From Amoeboaphelidium protococcarum X5 (Eukaryota > Fungi > Aphelidiomycota): 64,000 nt of DNA. The stretch is taken from positions 356,371-420,370 of the forward strand of contig JALDTO010000235.1 of the NCBI GenBank assembly GCA_023515725.1, written 5' to 3'. Shown piece after piece: positions 42,201 through 54,525 of this stretch; position 1 is the first letter of the stretch, and the number at the start of each line of letters is the position of its first letter. The notes below the pieces were generated by a model. It saw only the letters and a list, made by a program, of their open reading frames with translations. It was not told the DNA's origin and searched no databases. A program made the translations under genes and the position numbers.

Positions 42201-43285
42201 TATGAGTAAATGGCTGATCGATGGAATTTTCTGGTTTATAACAAGATTGCCGCCTGCTCAAATTAGTCTGAAGTTGATGATTTGTTATCAGAATACTCTT
42301 TTAAAGCACCAAGCCATTTGAAGAGTTTTGAAGATATTGTGGAACGTAAGTTGGCATGCAAATACGCGATTGATCCATTTAAGGCCCAGTTCAGACAGCT
42401 ATAAAATCATTTGACTGACCCAACAGCATTGCATATTCCGTTCGAAATTCCGTAGTTGCATTAGGTGTCTACTGAGTAAACTGTCTAAGTAGTTGAACAT
42501 GTATCTGTAGAAACACAGACTTCATTGAACAATTTGAGCTGCATCTGTCCTGCTACTCAGTCTGTTTAGAGTGTCAATGATTTGCTTGCTACTGCAGATT
42601 AGGATATTTAGAGATTAGTTGATAGTATAGACGATGCTTACTTCACCAATCTGGATATGGGCACTTTGTTCAATCCAGTTTTGGGTCTGCCTGATGGTGA
42701 TGATATTCCTAGAGTTGACAATTTTGGAGAGAATGTAGACATCAACGAACAGCCGACCTTTAACTAATTAACTTATCATACCGTCGATATCATTTAAGCT
42801 GATACTGGGCCTGTCACAATGACTGAGGCTGTCAATTTGACTGAACTGCTGCGTTAGAGATTCGGCGACGACGTGTTGACACCTGAAAACGGATTTGTCA
42901 ATGAAGAAGAGTTGGACAGTAATTTGAGAAGCGAATCAGTGAAACAAGTCTGCAAAATCTGCTGGAAGCCAAGATTGATGGCTGATTCCAATTAATGTAC
43001 TGAAGGCCATTCTTCCAAAAGATGCGATGCATCAAGTTAGTTAGACGATTCTTTGTTGTAAATGCGTACAAGTCTCTATAAAAAGTTCAGAAAGCGTGTA
43101 GAAAGAGAGAGAAAGTTGAAATAGACGTGATTTTATGAACTGATTGAGTAATTGAGTGGATATGATCGCAGATCTTCGGTTTCTTCTTACTCATCCCTTG
43201 AAATCCGTATAAAATATCGCAACCGACCTGCGGTCGGCAGCGATATAATTTTTTCCCGACTAGGCGTATAACCATATAATTTGCC
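39250..43285 (+). mobile_element. Putative autonomous DNA transposon (Mutator/IS256-like DDE), no long TIRs
   Basis: Candidate 9-bp TSD TTACTTTTG at 39241-39249 and 43286-43294; GG..CC termini with roughly 30 bp of degenerate inverted similarity; subterminal TGTCGCT array; contains the transposase ORF. Confidence 0.6.
39567..43130 (+). CDS. Transposase-like protein, DUF6729-type N-terminal region plus DDE core with DxxH motif
   Basis: 1188-codon intact table-6 ORF. WTPE..CPVH..GW..GPRKV..RYKC region; SGDHTFK (40872), FTDLCC (41079), LDIFH (41163), GCLSDPP and RGTSQQEGYH (41610); Cys/His knuckles at both ends. Confidence 0.85.
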
Positions 43286-43361
43286 TTACTTTTGATTATT
43301 CAGCACAATACCTGCTGCAGAAAATACCTGACAAAAGTAGACGACGCGTGGATTTTTACAT

Positions 43362-46300
43362 ATGTTAGTCTTACCATTGGTAATATTTAGTCTTGCGTAT
43401 TTGGTGCATGCTGGATAAGTGCAGTAGAAGAGCACTGTGTTCAAGCATGCTCCAGAGAATTATTTCTTCTTCAAGAATTCAGAGGTGTTGTTATTGCATG
43501 AGAGAATAAGTAACTAGATTTGGAGATCTGCCGATGCAGGATGGTCTTGGTACAAGGCGTCTGGTATCTCTGAGGGCACTGAGTCAAAGGTCATGATTGA
43601 GCATCCTTTTGATAATCAGAAGGCATTTGTCGTTACCAATAGCAAGGATTTATACATGACTAGTAATCGCGGTGAGAGTTGGTCAAAGTTATCGCTTCCG
43701 CTGGAACCAATGGCCATGTCCAAGGCTGCTTTGTAATTTCACGCTACACGCTCTCCCCATCTACTCTTCCTGGGTCGTTCTTGTCCGTCATCTGGTGGTA
43801 GTTCTCAATGCTATGATGAGGCTTATTATTCCCGAGATGATGGCAAGAGCTGGAAGTCGCTCAAAAAGTATGTGTCTTAATGTGTGTGGGCCAATGGAAG
43901 TCCTGAATTCCAATCGCGTCCTGTTGATGCTATATTCTGTTCTGAGCATGAAGGTAAAGGAAGCTCAATGTCTGAGAGTTCAGATTTGAGATTGCTCTAC
44001 TCTGAGGATTACTTCGTCACTGAGAAAGTTCACACTTTCGATAATAATCAGATGACCGGAGTGGTTGGTATTGGATTTGTGAGCAAGTTTTTTGTGACTG
44101 CTGTGAAGTAGAGTTCTGGATCTGATTTGGACCTGTACGTCTCTGTGGATGGTTTAATTTTCCGCAACTCAAAGTTTCCTCTGGATGCGAATATTGAGGA
44201 AGATGCATACACTATCCTGCAATCATCTGCCGCATCTTTGAACGTGGACGTATTCACCTCCCGTGGATACAGAAAAGAGTTTGGTACTCTGTACAAGTCC
44301 GATTCAGAGGGTAGGTACTTTGTAAAGTCGCTGGAGAATACCAATAGAAAGACTTCAGGTATTGTGGATTATGAACGCGTGTAAGGAGTTGAAGGAGTAG
44401 CGCTGGCTAATATAGTCTCCAATCCTGATGATTTGCGCAATGGCGGCGATGGCAAGAAGAAGTTGGAATCTCGCATTTCTTATGACGATGGCTCTTATTG
44501 GCGCTTTATAAATCCGCCATTAAAAGATGTTAAAGGTAAACCGTTTAAATGTTTAACCGATGGTGGCGGCAGTATTCCGAATGAGAAGTGTGCACTGCAT
44601 TTGCATTCCGTTACTTCAGTGAAGAATGTTGGTCGCGTGTTTTCAGATGCTGCGGCTCCTGGTATCATCATGGGCGTGGGAAATGTCGGTGACTATCTAT
44701 AGGAGTATGATGATTGTGACACCTTTGTCAGTTCTGACGGTGGTCTTAATTGGCAAATGATCAACAAGGGACCTGCCAAGTTTGAAACTGGTGATTAAGG
44801 TGCACTCCTGGTGTATGTTGAAGATGGGAAGAATGTTGAATAGCTGTCATACTCGCTCAATTTTGGGCGTACTTGGTTTGATATTAAGCTTGATCAGAAG
44901 CTCAGAGTTGAATCCATTAGCAGTGACCCTGAATCGACATTGCGAAAGATGATACTTGTAGGATCTGATAAGGATTCATCTAACTTCAATGTTATTAGTC
45001 TAGACTTTTCCAAGTTACATGACAGACAATGTTCTGATAATGATTTTGAGTGGTGGCGTGCTCGCGGATTAGGAGAGAATGAGCAGTGTCTCTTGGGTCA
45101 CTACCAAGATATCAAACGCAGGAAGTAGGATGCAGAGTGCTATGTGGGCCGCGATTATAAGCAGCCGGAAATGAGAAAGTAGAATTGCCAATGTACCGCC
45201 GAGAATTTCGAATGTGATTATGGATACATTGCTGATAAGAATAACCCAGAGAAATGTGTACGCTCTGGAGAGGCGATTCCTCTTGATGGATAATGTACCG
45301 GAAATTCTGATGAGTATCTAGCATCATCTGGCTACCGAAAGATTCCTGGGGATACTTGTGTGGGTGGTGTCGATTTGGCCAAGAAGGTTAAAGTATCATG
45401 TGACAATGTCGATCGCTCATCCAATGTTAAATCCTATCTTACCATGATTCCTGCGCCCGTAGTGAAGAAGTATTATATGAAAAAGTCGTAGGTGATTTTG
45501 TTATAGGATTTGGAAGGTGCGGTTCATCGTAGCGGTAATAATGGCTAATCGTTTGATGTCCTGTCCATATCTGGTGTTGGAAAGTCTGGTGATGCTTTCA
45601 AGGTCAGGTAACTGTTCTTCCATGACACTTAGTATAGTAGAGTGTACATGTTAACTTAGAACGACAAGGTTTATTTCTCCAGTGATTATGGTTCCAGTTT
45701 CAAAGAAATGAATTTGCCATCTATGCCTAATCAACTGGGGTCGACTTTACTGGATTTCCATCCTACTGAAAAGGATTGGCTTCTGTTTATTGGCGGTACA
45801 AAATGTCCTCACTGTCGTACGAGTGTCTATGTCTCTAAAGATAATGGTGCAACTTGGGGCCGTGAAATTGACACATTTGTGTACAAGTGCCAGTTCTCAC
45901 AGGATACGGAATTTCGCAAAGTGGAGAAGGATGCTATCTTCTGTTCGGCTTATCATTAGAAGTTTGGAGATTAAGATACCTTTGGTAATGCTGCGTAAAC
46001 ACCATCAGGAAACGTGCTTAACCTGTACAAGTATGAAAGACTGGGTGAGGGTGAGAAGAAATTGCTGGCTGAGAGAGTTGTACAATTCTACGTCTATGAT
46101 CGTTATCTGACGGTAGCTGCTGAAGATGGGAATAAGGTGAGATTACTTCTGTCTGAGGATGGCGTCAACGTAGTGGATGCCCAATTTCCACCTAACACTC
46201 AGCTGTCTAAGAATGCTTTTACTGTGGTGCAGTCGAACACTGGATCGATTATGTTGGACGTTTATCAAAGTCAGAGTATTGGTCAAGAGTTTGGCGATCT

Positions 46301-49300
46301 CTATTCTTCAAATTCCAACGGTACCTTCTATACTCTATCTTTGAAGAACACGAATAAGAATGCCAATGGTCTGGTTGATCTGGAGTAAAACCAGAGCTTG
46401 GATGGCGCCTTTATAGCCAATGTTGTGTACAATGCAGCTGACTTGATTCGCGGCGGATTGAAGAAGATTAAGACTGTGATGTCGTATGATAATGGAGCAA
46501 ATTGGGACATCATAAGAGAGGTGTATGACACTAATAGAAAGCGTATTGAATGCTCTACTGGTCAAGACTGTCATTTGAATTTACATGGACGTGCTGATAT
46601 CACTTGGTCTGGTCCTATATTCAGTAGTAAGACTGCAGTGGGTCAATTGATGGGAGTGGGAAATTTCGGTCCTCAACTGCTTGATTACTCATTGAGTAAT
46701 ACGTATTTTAGCCGAGATGGAGGTTAGACTTGGACTGAAGTAAAAAAGGGACCTCATATTTTTGAATTCGGTGACTATGGAGCACTGCTGGTAATGGCTG
46801 CCGATTACGAATTGACGGACAAGCTGATATACTCTGTGGATGATGGCAAGACGTGGCATGAGCACAAGTTTTATGAGAAGCCTGTCAGAGTGACTGCATT
46901 GATGATTGACAGCGAAGGTGCCGGAAGTAAGTTCCTGGTGCTGGCTAGCGTGTAGAAAGATTCTAATTCTCGCGGTGGATTCTTTGGATCTATCAGCGAT
47001 TTTTTGAAATCTCTATTTGGCTCTGGTGGTGTAAGTTCATCTATTGGACACCAGCAGGTTGTTGTACAGGTTGATTTTAGTCAAGCGGCACCGAAGAATT
47101 GCCGTTTCAATGGTGATGGTAGTGGTGATTATGAAAAGTGGAATCCTCTGTCTTCGGATTGTATTCTTGGTCAGGAGATGACTTATTGGAGAAGAAAGGT
47201 TGATTCGGTCTGTCATATTGGAGACTCGCGTCCAACTCAACCGGCAAATGCTAGAACTTGCACTTGTAGCCGCAAAGATTATGAATGTGATGTTGGATTC
47301 TGGAAAGATTTGCGCGGAGAGTGTGTGCTGTAAGGACCTGATCCATACGAACCTGTAAACTGTCGCAAGGGTGAAAAGTACACTGGACGTAGCGGTTACC
47401 GTAAGATATCAGCCACAAAGTGCAGTGGTGAAGTGTCTGAATTGGAGAAGAAAGTTGAGAGAAGTTGTCAAGAGTCCAATAATGGCGGAGTGATTGTACA
47501 GCCGCCTACTGATGGTAAGATTGGAGTTGAGCTGTAGAATTTCGATTATGCCGTGGATAGTGTCATCTGGTTCGATAAGAGTTTGAATGCAGTCCTGAAA
47601 ACTACAGATGGTTGGATATGGCAGACATCTGATGGTGGCTCCAGATGGACGAAGAGCGACATTCCTGATAGAATCACCACAATGGTGTAGAATTAGTACT
47701 ACAAGGAGCGAGTTTATTTTTTGACTTCCGATTCCAAAGTTCATTATTACACCACGGACTCTGGCAAGTCTTTGACCATGCTCAATGTCCCTGAAGTACC
47801 TAATTCTTTTAATGCTCCTATTCTAGAATTCCATGCAGAAGAAGCTGACTGGATCATTTATACAGGAAATCGGTACTGTCCTGGATCTTAATGTCACACT
47901 GTAGCCTTCTATACTCAAAATAATGGGTTGAATTGGAAAGAGCTGACTACTTACGTCACAGATTGTGAGTGGGCTAGAGATGCTCTATTCAAGAATGTTG
48001 ACAAACAGATGATCTTCTGCGGCGCGTACTCTGACAAATCCGGTAGCTAACATGAAAAAGTGCTTGGAGATCATGGTCGCCCGTCATTATACAAGTCGGA
48101 TAATTTCTTTGGGTCTCAGGAGATGGTATTTGATAATCTGGTAGGATTTGCCATTTCAGAGAATTTTATGGTCGCGGCGCTCAATAGTAATTAGGACTTA
48201 TCTGGTAAAAGTCTTACATTTCAGGTGTCTATGGATGGTGAAAAATTCGCGCCCGCTGTATTTCCACCTGGTGTTGATGTATAGAATCGTGGATTTACCG
48301 TGTTAGAAGCTGGAAGTGGATCAGTGTATTTAGACATGTTCAAACATGGTTCATATGGTACCGAGTGGGGAACTCTGTTTATATCTAATTACAATGGCAC
48401 GTACTACAGTGTATCTCTGGATGGTACAAATAGGAATCCTGAAGGCTTTGTGGACTATGAGAAGATGTTTGCAGTTGAAGGTGTCGCCATAGTCAACAAG
48501 GTGATGAATAAAGAGTCTGTTGCCATTGGTGGTAAGAAGGAAATTAAATCGTTTATCACCTACTCTCAGGGAGCTGAGTGGAAGTCAATAAAGGCTCCAA
48601 TCAAAGATCTTGAAGGTAATTCGATTGATTGTCTGGCTCAAGATGGCTGCTCTCTCAATTTCCATGGCTATACTGAGCGAAAGGTGATCAAGAATGAAAT
48701 GTCTGATGAATAGGCTGCGGGAATCTTCATCGGTGTCGGTAATGTGGGGAAGAACTTACTCAGCTACCAGCAGAGTAATGTCTATTTGACCACCGATGCT
48801 GGAAGTACTTGGAGATAGATTTAGAAAGGACCTCACCTATTTGAGTTTGGAGATCATGGCTCAGTTATAGTGCTCGTGAACGCCGTCGAAGCCGTTAACT
48901 ATATCTACTATAGTGTTACTGAAGGCGCCAAGTTTGACAAGTACGAGTTCCATCCTACCATGAAGATTTATGCAGATAGATTTGTCACTGATCCTAGTGG
49001 TGTGAAATAGGAATTTCTTCTTACTGGACGCGTGGCAGACTCATCATCTGGTTAATCTGCAGTGTTCAAGTTGGACTTTTCAAAGCTGCGCTCTAATCAG
49101 TGTATTCTTGACACTAAAGATTCTGGCCGCTCTGATTTCGAACTTTGGTCTGTCTCTGATCATTCTGGTAATAGCTGTATCTTTGGTCATAAGACTGAGT
49201 ACTACCGAAGGAAGCCGGGTAGAAACTGTTACATTGGTGATTCTTTCAAGAATGATAAGATAGTGACAAATTGCTAGTGTACTGAAGCTGATTTTGAATG

Positions 49301-49814
49301 CGATGCTGGATATTACCGCGATCCTACTGATCATAAATGTAAGCCTGTTGCTGGAGAAGGTGCCACTGTGTGGACAGAATGTGAGAATGGTTAGAGGCAT
49401 ATCTCGACTGGATATAGAAAGCATTCTTTGTCCACTTGCCAAGGTGGCATAAATCTGGACAATCCAAGTGTGGTGGAAGGTTGCACAATGCCGGGAAGAT
49501 CGTCGAATGGAGGATCTATCGCTGCCGGTATTCTGATACCTTTGTTCGCAATTGCCGGTCTCGGACTGGTTTATTACAGAAAGAGAATTGCTCCCTATCG
49601 TTATTCGATTAGGCTTCCAGTGTCTGATTCTACTTCTGGAACTGGCATGGCCGGAAGTTCTTCATGGCGTAGTGCTGTCAACTTCTCTGCCGTATCGAAA
49701 GGCTTTGATGCTGTACGCGATTTGTTCAGTGGCCTATTCACTGATATCCGTGCAAGAACTGGTTATAGATCTGTGCCTCTCACTGATGAAGAGGTTCACA
49801 TGGAGAATTATTGA
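43362..49814 (+). CDS. VPS10: Vacuolar sorting receptor Vps10/Pep1 with three VPS10 modules
   Basis: 2151 codons. Signal peptide, many Asp-box SxDxGxxW repeats, three Cys-rich 10CC regions ending GYRKIPGDTC, GYRKISATKC and GYRKHSLSTC, TM helix, cytosolic tail with YRSV. Confidence 0.95.
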
Positions 49815-49981
49815 TCATTAAGTATAGTTGTATACCACGTAGTTTGAGAGCTTATTATGAAGAAATCATGAAAGAATAAATACATACAACCTATAAAGTT
49901 TGAATCAATTCTATCATTTCTATATCTATATATATACGAGTCGATAAATCAATCAAATCACAGTACTGTACAGGGCATCTA

Positions 49982-51052
49982 TCACATTGCAGCTGTGGTG
50001 GACTTTTTCACAATTCTCGCGCCAGTAGTGCTCTATGGAGATTGCGTCAATTATTCATTCATACTTGCAGTGGTCAACTCAACCAGTGACTCTACAGAAG
50101 TTGAATTATGTCTCTTGTGCAATCCTTTTTGGTGGGGTTGCGCTGCAGCTACATCTGCAGTCTGTTGACGTTATTAAAACGTTGTGTAATTTTATTATTA
50201 CTGGGCGAGTGCACCAGCAGCAGATGGACTAAAGGGACTATAAGGGGCAACCATCTGTGGCTACACGTACATGAATTGATTCCACTATTATTGCTACTGC
50301 TACTGCTAGAAAGGATACTGTTATGGACGGCCCATTTGCAGCGGGTATGGTTACATCTGGTATGAAGCAGGAGCAGTTGTATTGGTCGCATGGAAAGCAT
50401 TATAATCTTGAAACAGAGCATTGGGAGATGGTAGCATAGATTGATTGCCAACTGCATTGACTGCCCCAGCACCTCCGAAAGGACTATTAAATTGAGAAGA
50501 CTGTGGAGATGTCCTCTGAGAGGTATCAATTCTAAGGGTTCCATTGTTACCTCTGCCAAAGCTTCTAGCTGACCTTGGACCACCACTCACTGCCATAGGA
50601 CTCCTGACCGCACCACCAGCCGGCTGTTGAAATTCAGCTCTATCAACAGAGATTCTGACTGGACTACTCTCATCAGCACCATACTCTTCTCCATCGCTGT
50701 CCACATCGATCTTCATCTATGCAAAATCTTGATTGTCTCGACTCTCAACAGGTTCACCGCTGTCAGTATAACGCAACAGAGCGTGATCCATCTCTCCGCT
50801 GCTATACTGAATGAGCTTGTTCTGAGGAGTTATCACTATCAGAGCCAATTCAATGCCACACAGAACAGCCAGCTCATGCGCCTTCTTGATTAAGCCATTC
50901 TTTCTTTTATTAAAAGTCATCTACACGCAATAGTATGATATTACCATGTTGTCATTACTTGTTACATGTTGATAGCGTGAAAACTGGGATGATCATACCT
51001 AACGTGCTCTGTCATTTTCAATTGGACTAATCTTCAACTTTTTGCGACCCAT
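49982..51052 (-). CDS. MEF2-type MADS-box transcription factor (Rlm1/Smp1-like), intron 50921-50998
   Basis: MGRKKLKISPIENDRARQ|MTFNKRKNGLIKKAHELAVLC..KLIQYSS; SMLPSP motif. Confidence 0.93.
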
Positions 51053-51484
51053 ATTCAATTATAATATCTATTAAAGCTGTATCCTGTAATAGAAGTAAGT
51101 TGCAGCTATTTTGAGAAAATAGAAGTGAAATGATGATGTTGTGTCCATAAGTTGTGCATTGGCGTGCTGTTACTATAGGCGGCTAATCTATATTTAAACA
51201 CAGTCCGAGTGGAAACCATGGAGACGTCAATAACTGGTTGATTCATGTTGCTAATGTAGATTCGCGTCAGTTCAGTTCTATGACTTCTAATCACAAACAG
51301 AAGTAATAATACAACCTGTGAAGGTTTAATTAGATTATTCGAAAGGTTGTCCATGGAGCGGACTCTATCGTCATTTAGAGTTGTGTATTTGTTACCTGAC
51401 ACTTTGAAACATTCAACTTTATGAGAATCAAACTTTAGATGTATATTACAACTTATTGAAGAAATACTATATATACAAGTCAGT

Positions 51485-52780
51485 TCATTCTTTTAAATCA
51501 GAGAGATATTATGGAGACAGGAAGCTCTGGAAAGCCAGAACTGAGGACTTATCACCATGCTCAGGAAGCGACTCATCACTATCGTCCAGGATGTTCAAAT
51601 TATTGACTTGCTCCGGTGAAAGCACTCGAATTGTCTAATATGAAGGCGATCCATCCGAATTACATCCTGTTTAGAATCTCGGCTGCACCTAATTCTGAGA
51701 CTAAGCATGTTTTGATACGCGACTACTTTCACCATCTGACTTTCGCTCTTTTGATTTGCTAATACTATCAATTAGTCTTACTGCAGCTCGCAATGGAGTC
51801 TTTAGTATATCGACGACAGTTCTTTGTGATGTAGATTTTTCAATAGGTGCTACCAGCGACTGACAAAGGCAAATTACAATTGTCTTGATTAATTCACGGC
51901 CAACTGGGTGCGTCAAACTAGACGCAGCATTCACATTAGGCGCATCTGTATCGAACGGAAAGGTTAAAACACGATCTCTAGTAGAGTTCTCGCAGAAAAC
52001 CTTGAAATGCGACGCGGTCAAAAGAATTAACGGGACATTAAACGCGTACAGAGCCGCTAAAACTTGAGCTAACCGACACTTTTCATACCAAGGACGGCCC
52101 TCAGCATAAGATACACTACTTTTAATTTCTGTGCAAAACAACAGCTTGCTGGACTCTTCATCAGAAATGTTCATGTCGCATCTACTGGCATAATCATACT
52201 TTGGTTGAGACATAAAGCCGCCAACCACCACCTTGTTCTGGTCATCAACCTCAACCTAAATAGACATACCTGTGGCAATTGTTGAAACTAACCGGAACAA
52301 TTTCAAAGCCACTATCGATTCTCGTTAATTACTTCTTTATAAAGACTACAATGCTTAGATTACCTATGTGTCATCGATCGCTGTTTCATACATGGGACGC
52401 CATACGTTTTGCACGCCTAAATAATCAGCTAGGCAGTCAATATTGTCGGCTCCCGCGCCATTCATATTCTGAACGGATCTATATACACCAGGATGAAAAT
52501 TATCATGAGTCAACTTGGATGCAAAGGGCCAATATATCAAGTCACATAATTGGCCATCGGCAGCAATATGGTATCTGGATTATATCGCGAATCTCCCACT
52601 GACAATGTTGTTCTCCAGTACCTGTTTCCTCTCAGTCAAAAGATCTTCCACAGAACCGCGATACTCGATGTCAAGATCCTGTATTTCCATGCCATTCAAA
52701 GAACTTACATCTGACTCTAAAATAGAAAGACGATCACTTGATTAGACGCGTACTGGTAGTGGCAGCTGCTCTGATATCAT
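51485..52780 (-). CDS. Uncharacterised protein with a probable PD-(D/E)xK restriction-endonuclease-like fold
   Basis: 432-codon table-6 ORF. E..SRCD-x15-EIK..AQ spacing fits an REase-like active site. Confidence 0.7.
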
Positions 52781-53029
52781 TTCATTCACGATTACAGTAC
52801 CAAGTTTACGCGCTAATAATAAAGTCTGATTCGTTTCAGATCGCGCGTACCAAAAGTGAAATCTTTCAAGAGATACAGTGAGAATTGTGAAATGATGATG
52901 AAGAGTTGTCGTGTCGACAAATTCCTCTGCATTTCATTTAGATCAGAACAGGAGGCGAATATTCTGGCATACAAAACATAGCGAATTCACTCTAAGCGTG
53001 GAGAGATCAATTTAGAATATTTGTACGCA

Positions 53030-53755
53030 ATGGGAAACTTGTTGAGCTAAAGGGGAAGGAAGCCATCGGAGCAGGATAAAGCTCTGTTGTAGCTAAAGAT
53101 TCAGCGAGACAAGTTGCGGCAATATTAAAAGAAGATGGAGAAGCTGTTGGAGACTGAGAACTAACATGTACGGCAATTAATGTCGCAGCGATCAGCGGAT
53201 AATAATAATAATGATACTAATAGTAAGGTAGATGAGGTGCAACGGGAGCGAACTCGTATGATGGCCCTGTTCATTCTAAAGAAGGTCAAGATGCAGTAGG
53301 CAATGTTATAGAAATCAGATCAACATCTACTCAATCTCTAGTAAATGATGGACACTCTCGAGTATAAAATGGTGGAGGTTAAAGTTATGGATGGCCTTAA
53401 AGACGGAGCGAAAATGTTGGAAATATTAAACAAGACTTTATAGAAGGGATTATAATAGGTTGAAAATGCATAGATGGATGCAATGGAGGGCCTCGAGGAT
53501 GTCGATCAGGCATTCCGGGAAATGGCTGGTGGTGATATTCTATCAGAAGAAGATTTACTCAGAGAACTCGAAGATTTGGAGAGGGCTGAAGTGGAATATT
53601 CTCTGAATTTACCAAATGTTCCATCAACTTCACTGCCTGCTACTACCGCTGTTGGTACTTCTGCGGATGATGTAAAATAGTCTGTTGATAGTACAAAAGA
53701 AAGTGTTGAGAGAATAGCAAATAAAAAGACAGCTGTAACATTGGAAGAGTCATGA
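53030..53755 (+). CDS. VPS20: ESCRT-III subunit Vps20/CHMP6
   Basis: MGN myristoylation start, QDKALLQLKIQRDKLRQYQKK and LPNVPS MIM2-like tail. Confidence 0.92.
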
Positions 53756-53789
53756 ACTGTATATATGAATAGTACTTATGTTCAATATC

Positions 53790-54404
53790 TCAAATATCCA
53801 TGAACATGAGAACATGCATGATGCCCTCTTCTTCAAAAGGCGATACTGACTAATCACGCGTAAACCCGCATCGCTCATAAAACTACTGCTTATCTGACTG
53901 AGCATGAAGCATAATCTTGGATGCCTGATGACTAAACTGTCTCCGGATAAGTTACACAGCTTTATCCATCAACTCTCGGCCAATACGTCTACCTCTTGCC
54001 TCTTTCATCACGGCCATCCTCCCAATGAGAACGTGATTATCTTTCATGAATATTCTTAAAGTTCCCACTGGATCCACTTAATTTTGATCAGAATAAGCTA
54101 TCAAATGCGCTGTTTGATAACTGCTCTACTTGCTTTATATCAGCGGTAATATTTAAGAATCGCTATCAATTTAATAAGCGTCCCCATCCTGCTTAATCTT
54201 TGATCTTATATACTGTTGGAAATCTTCATCGCTCATGTTGAAATCAATGTGATCCACTTCATTATCAGGATTTACACGCTACTCCAACACGAAAACTTTC
54301 CATCTCACACAAAGAGCCTTCTTAAATTGGGATATAAATTCAGGATCAGTTGGCTAAATTCCAATGATATTAACGTTATCATCTACTACCTGTTGGATGC
54401 TCAT
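53790..54404 (-). CDS. GNAT N-acetyltransferase, ElaA/YjcF-like
   Basis: 205 codons. VRWKVFVLEQ, VGTLRI, IGRMAVMKEARGRRIG, LHAQ, FYERCGF and EEGIMHVLM. Confidence 0.88.
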
Positions 54405-54525
54405 AGTATCAAATTCGTCGCGCTCTTACTTACTTTGATCAAAGTGGAAAAGTGATCGAAAATTAGATTTTTGATATTTGGCATTAAATACGTACAATAT
54501 AGACAATATATTATAATCATCAATC

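Noticed and set aside
38782-43195. TACTCATC direct repeat as an alternative TSD for the transposon
   Set aside because: The resulting ends show no inverted similarity and would exclude the 3' hairpin; the TTACTTTTG boundary fits better.
39250-43263. Helitron interpretation of the element
   Set aside because: No HUH Rep or PIF1 helicase motifs, the protein has a DDE-type core, and CTAG is not followed by T.
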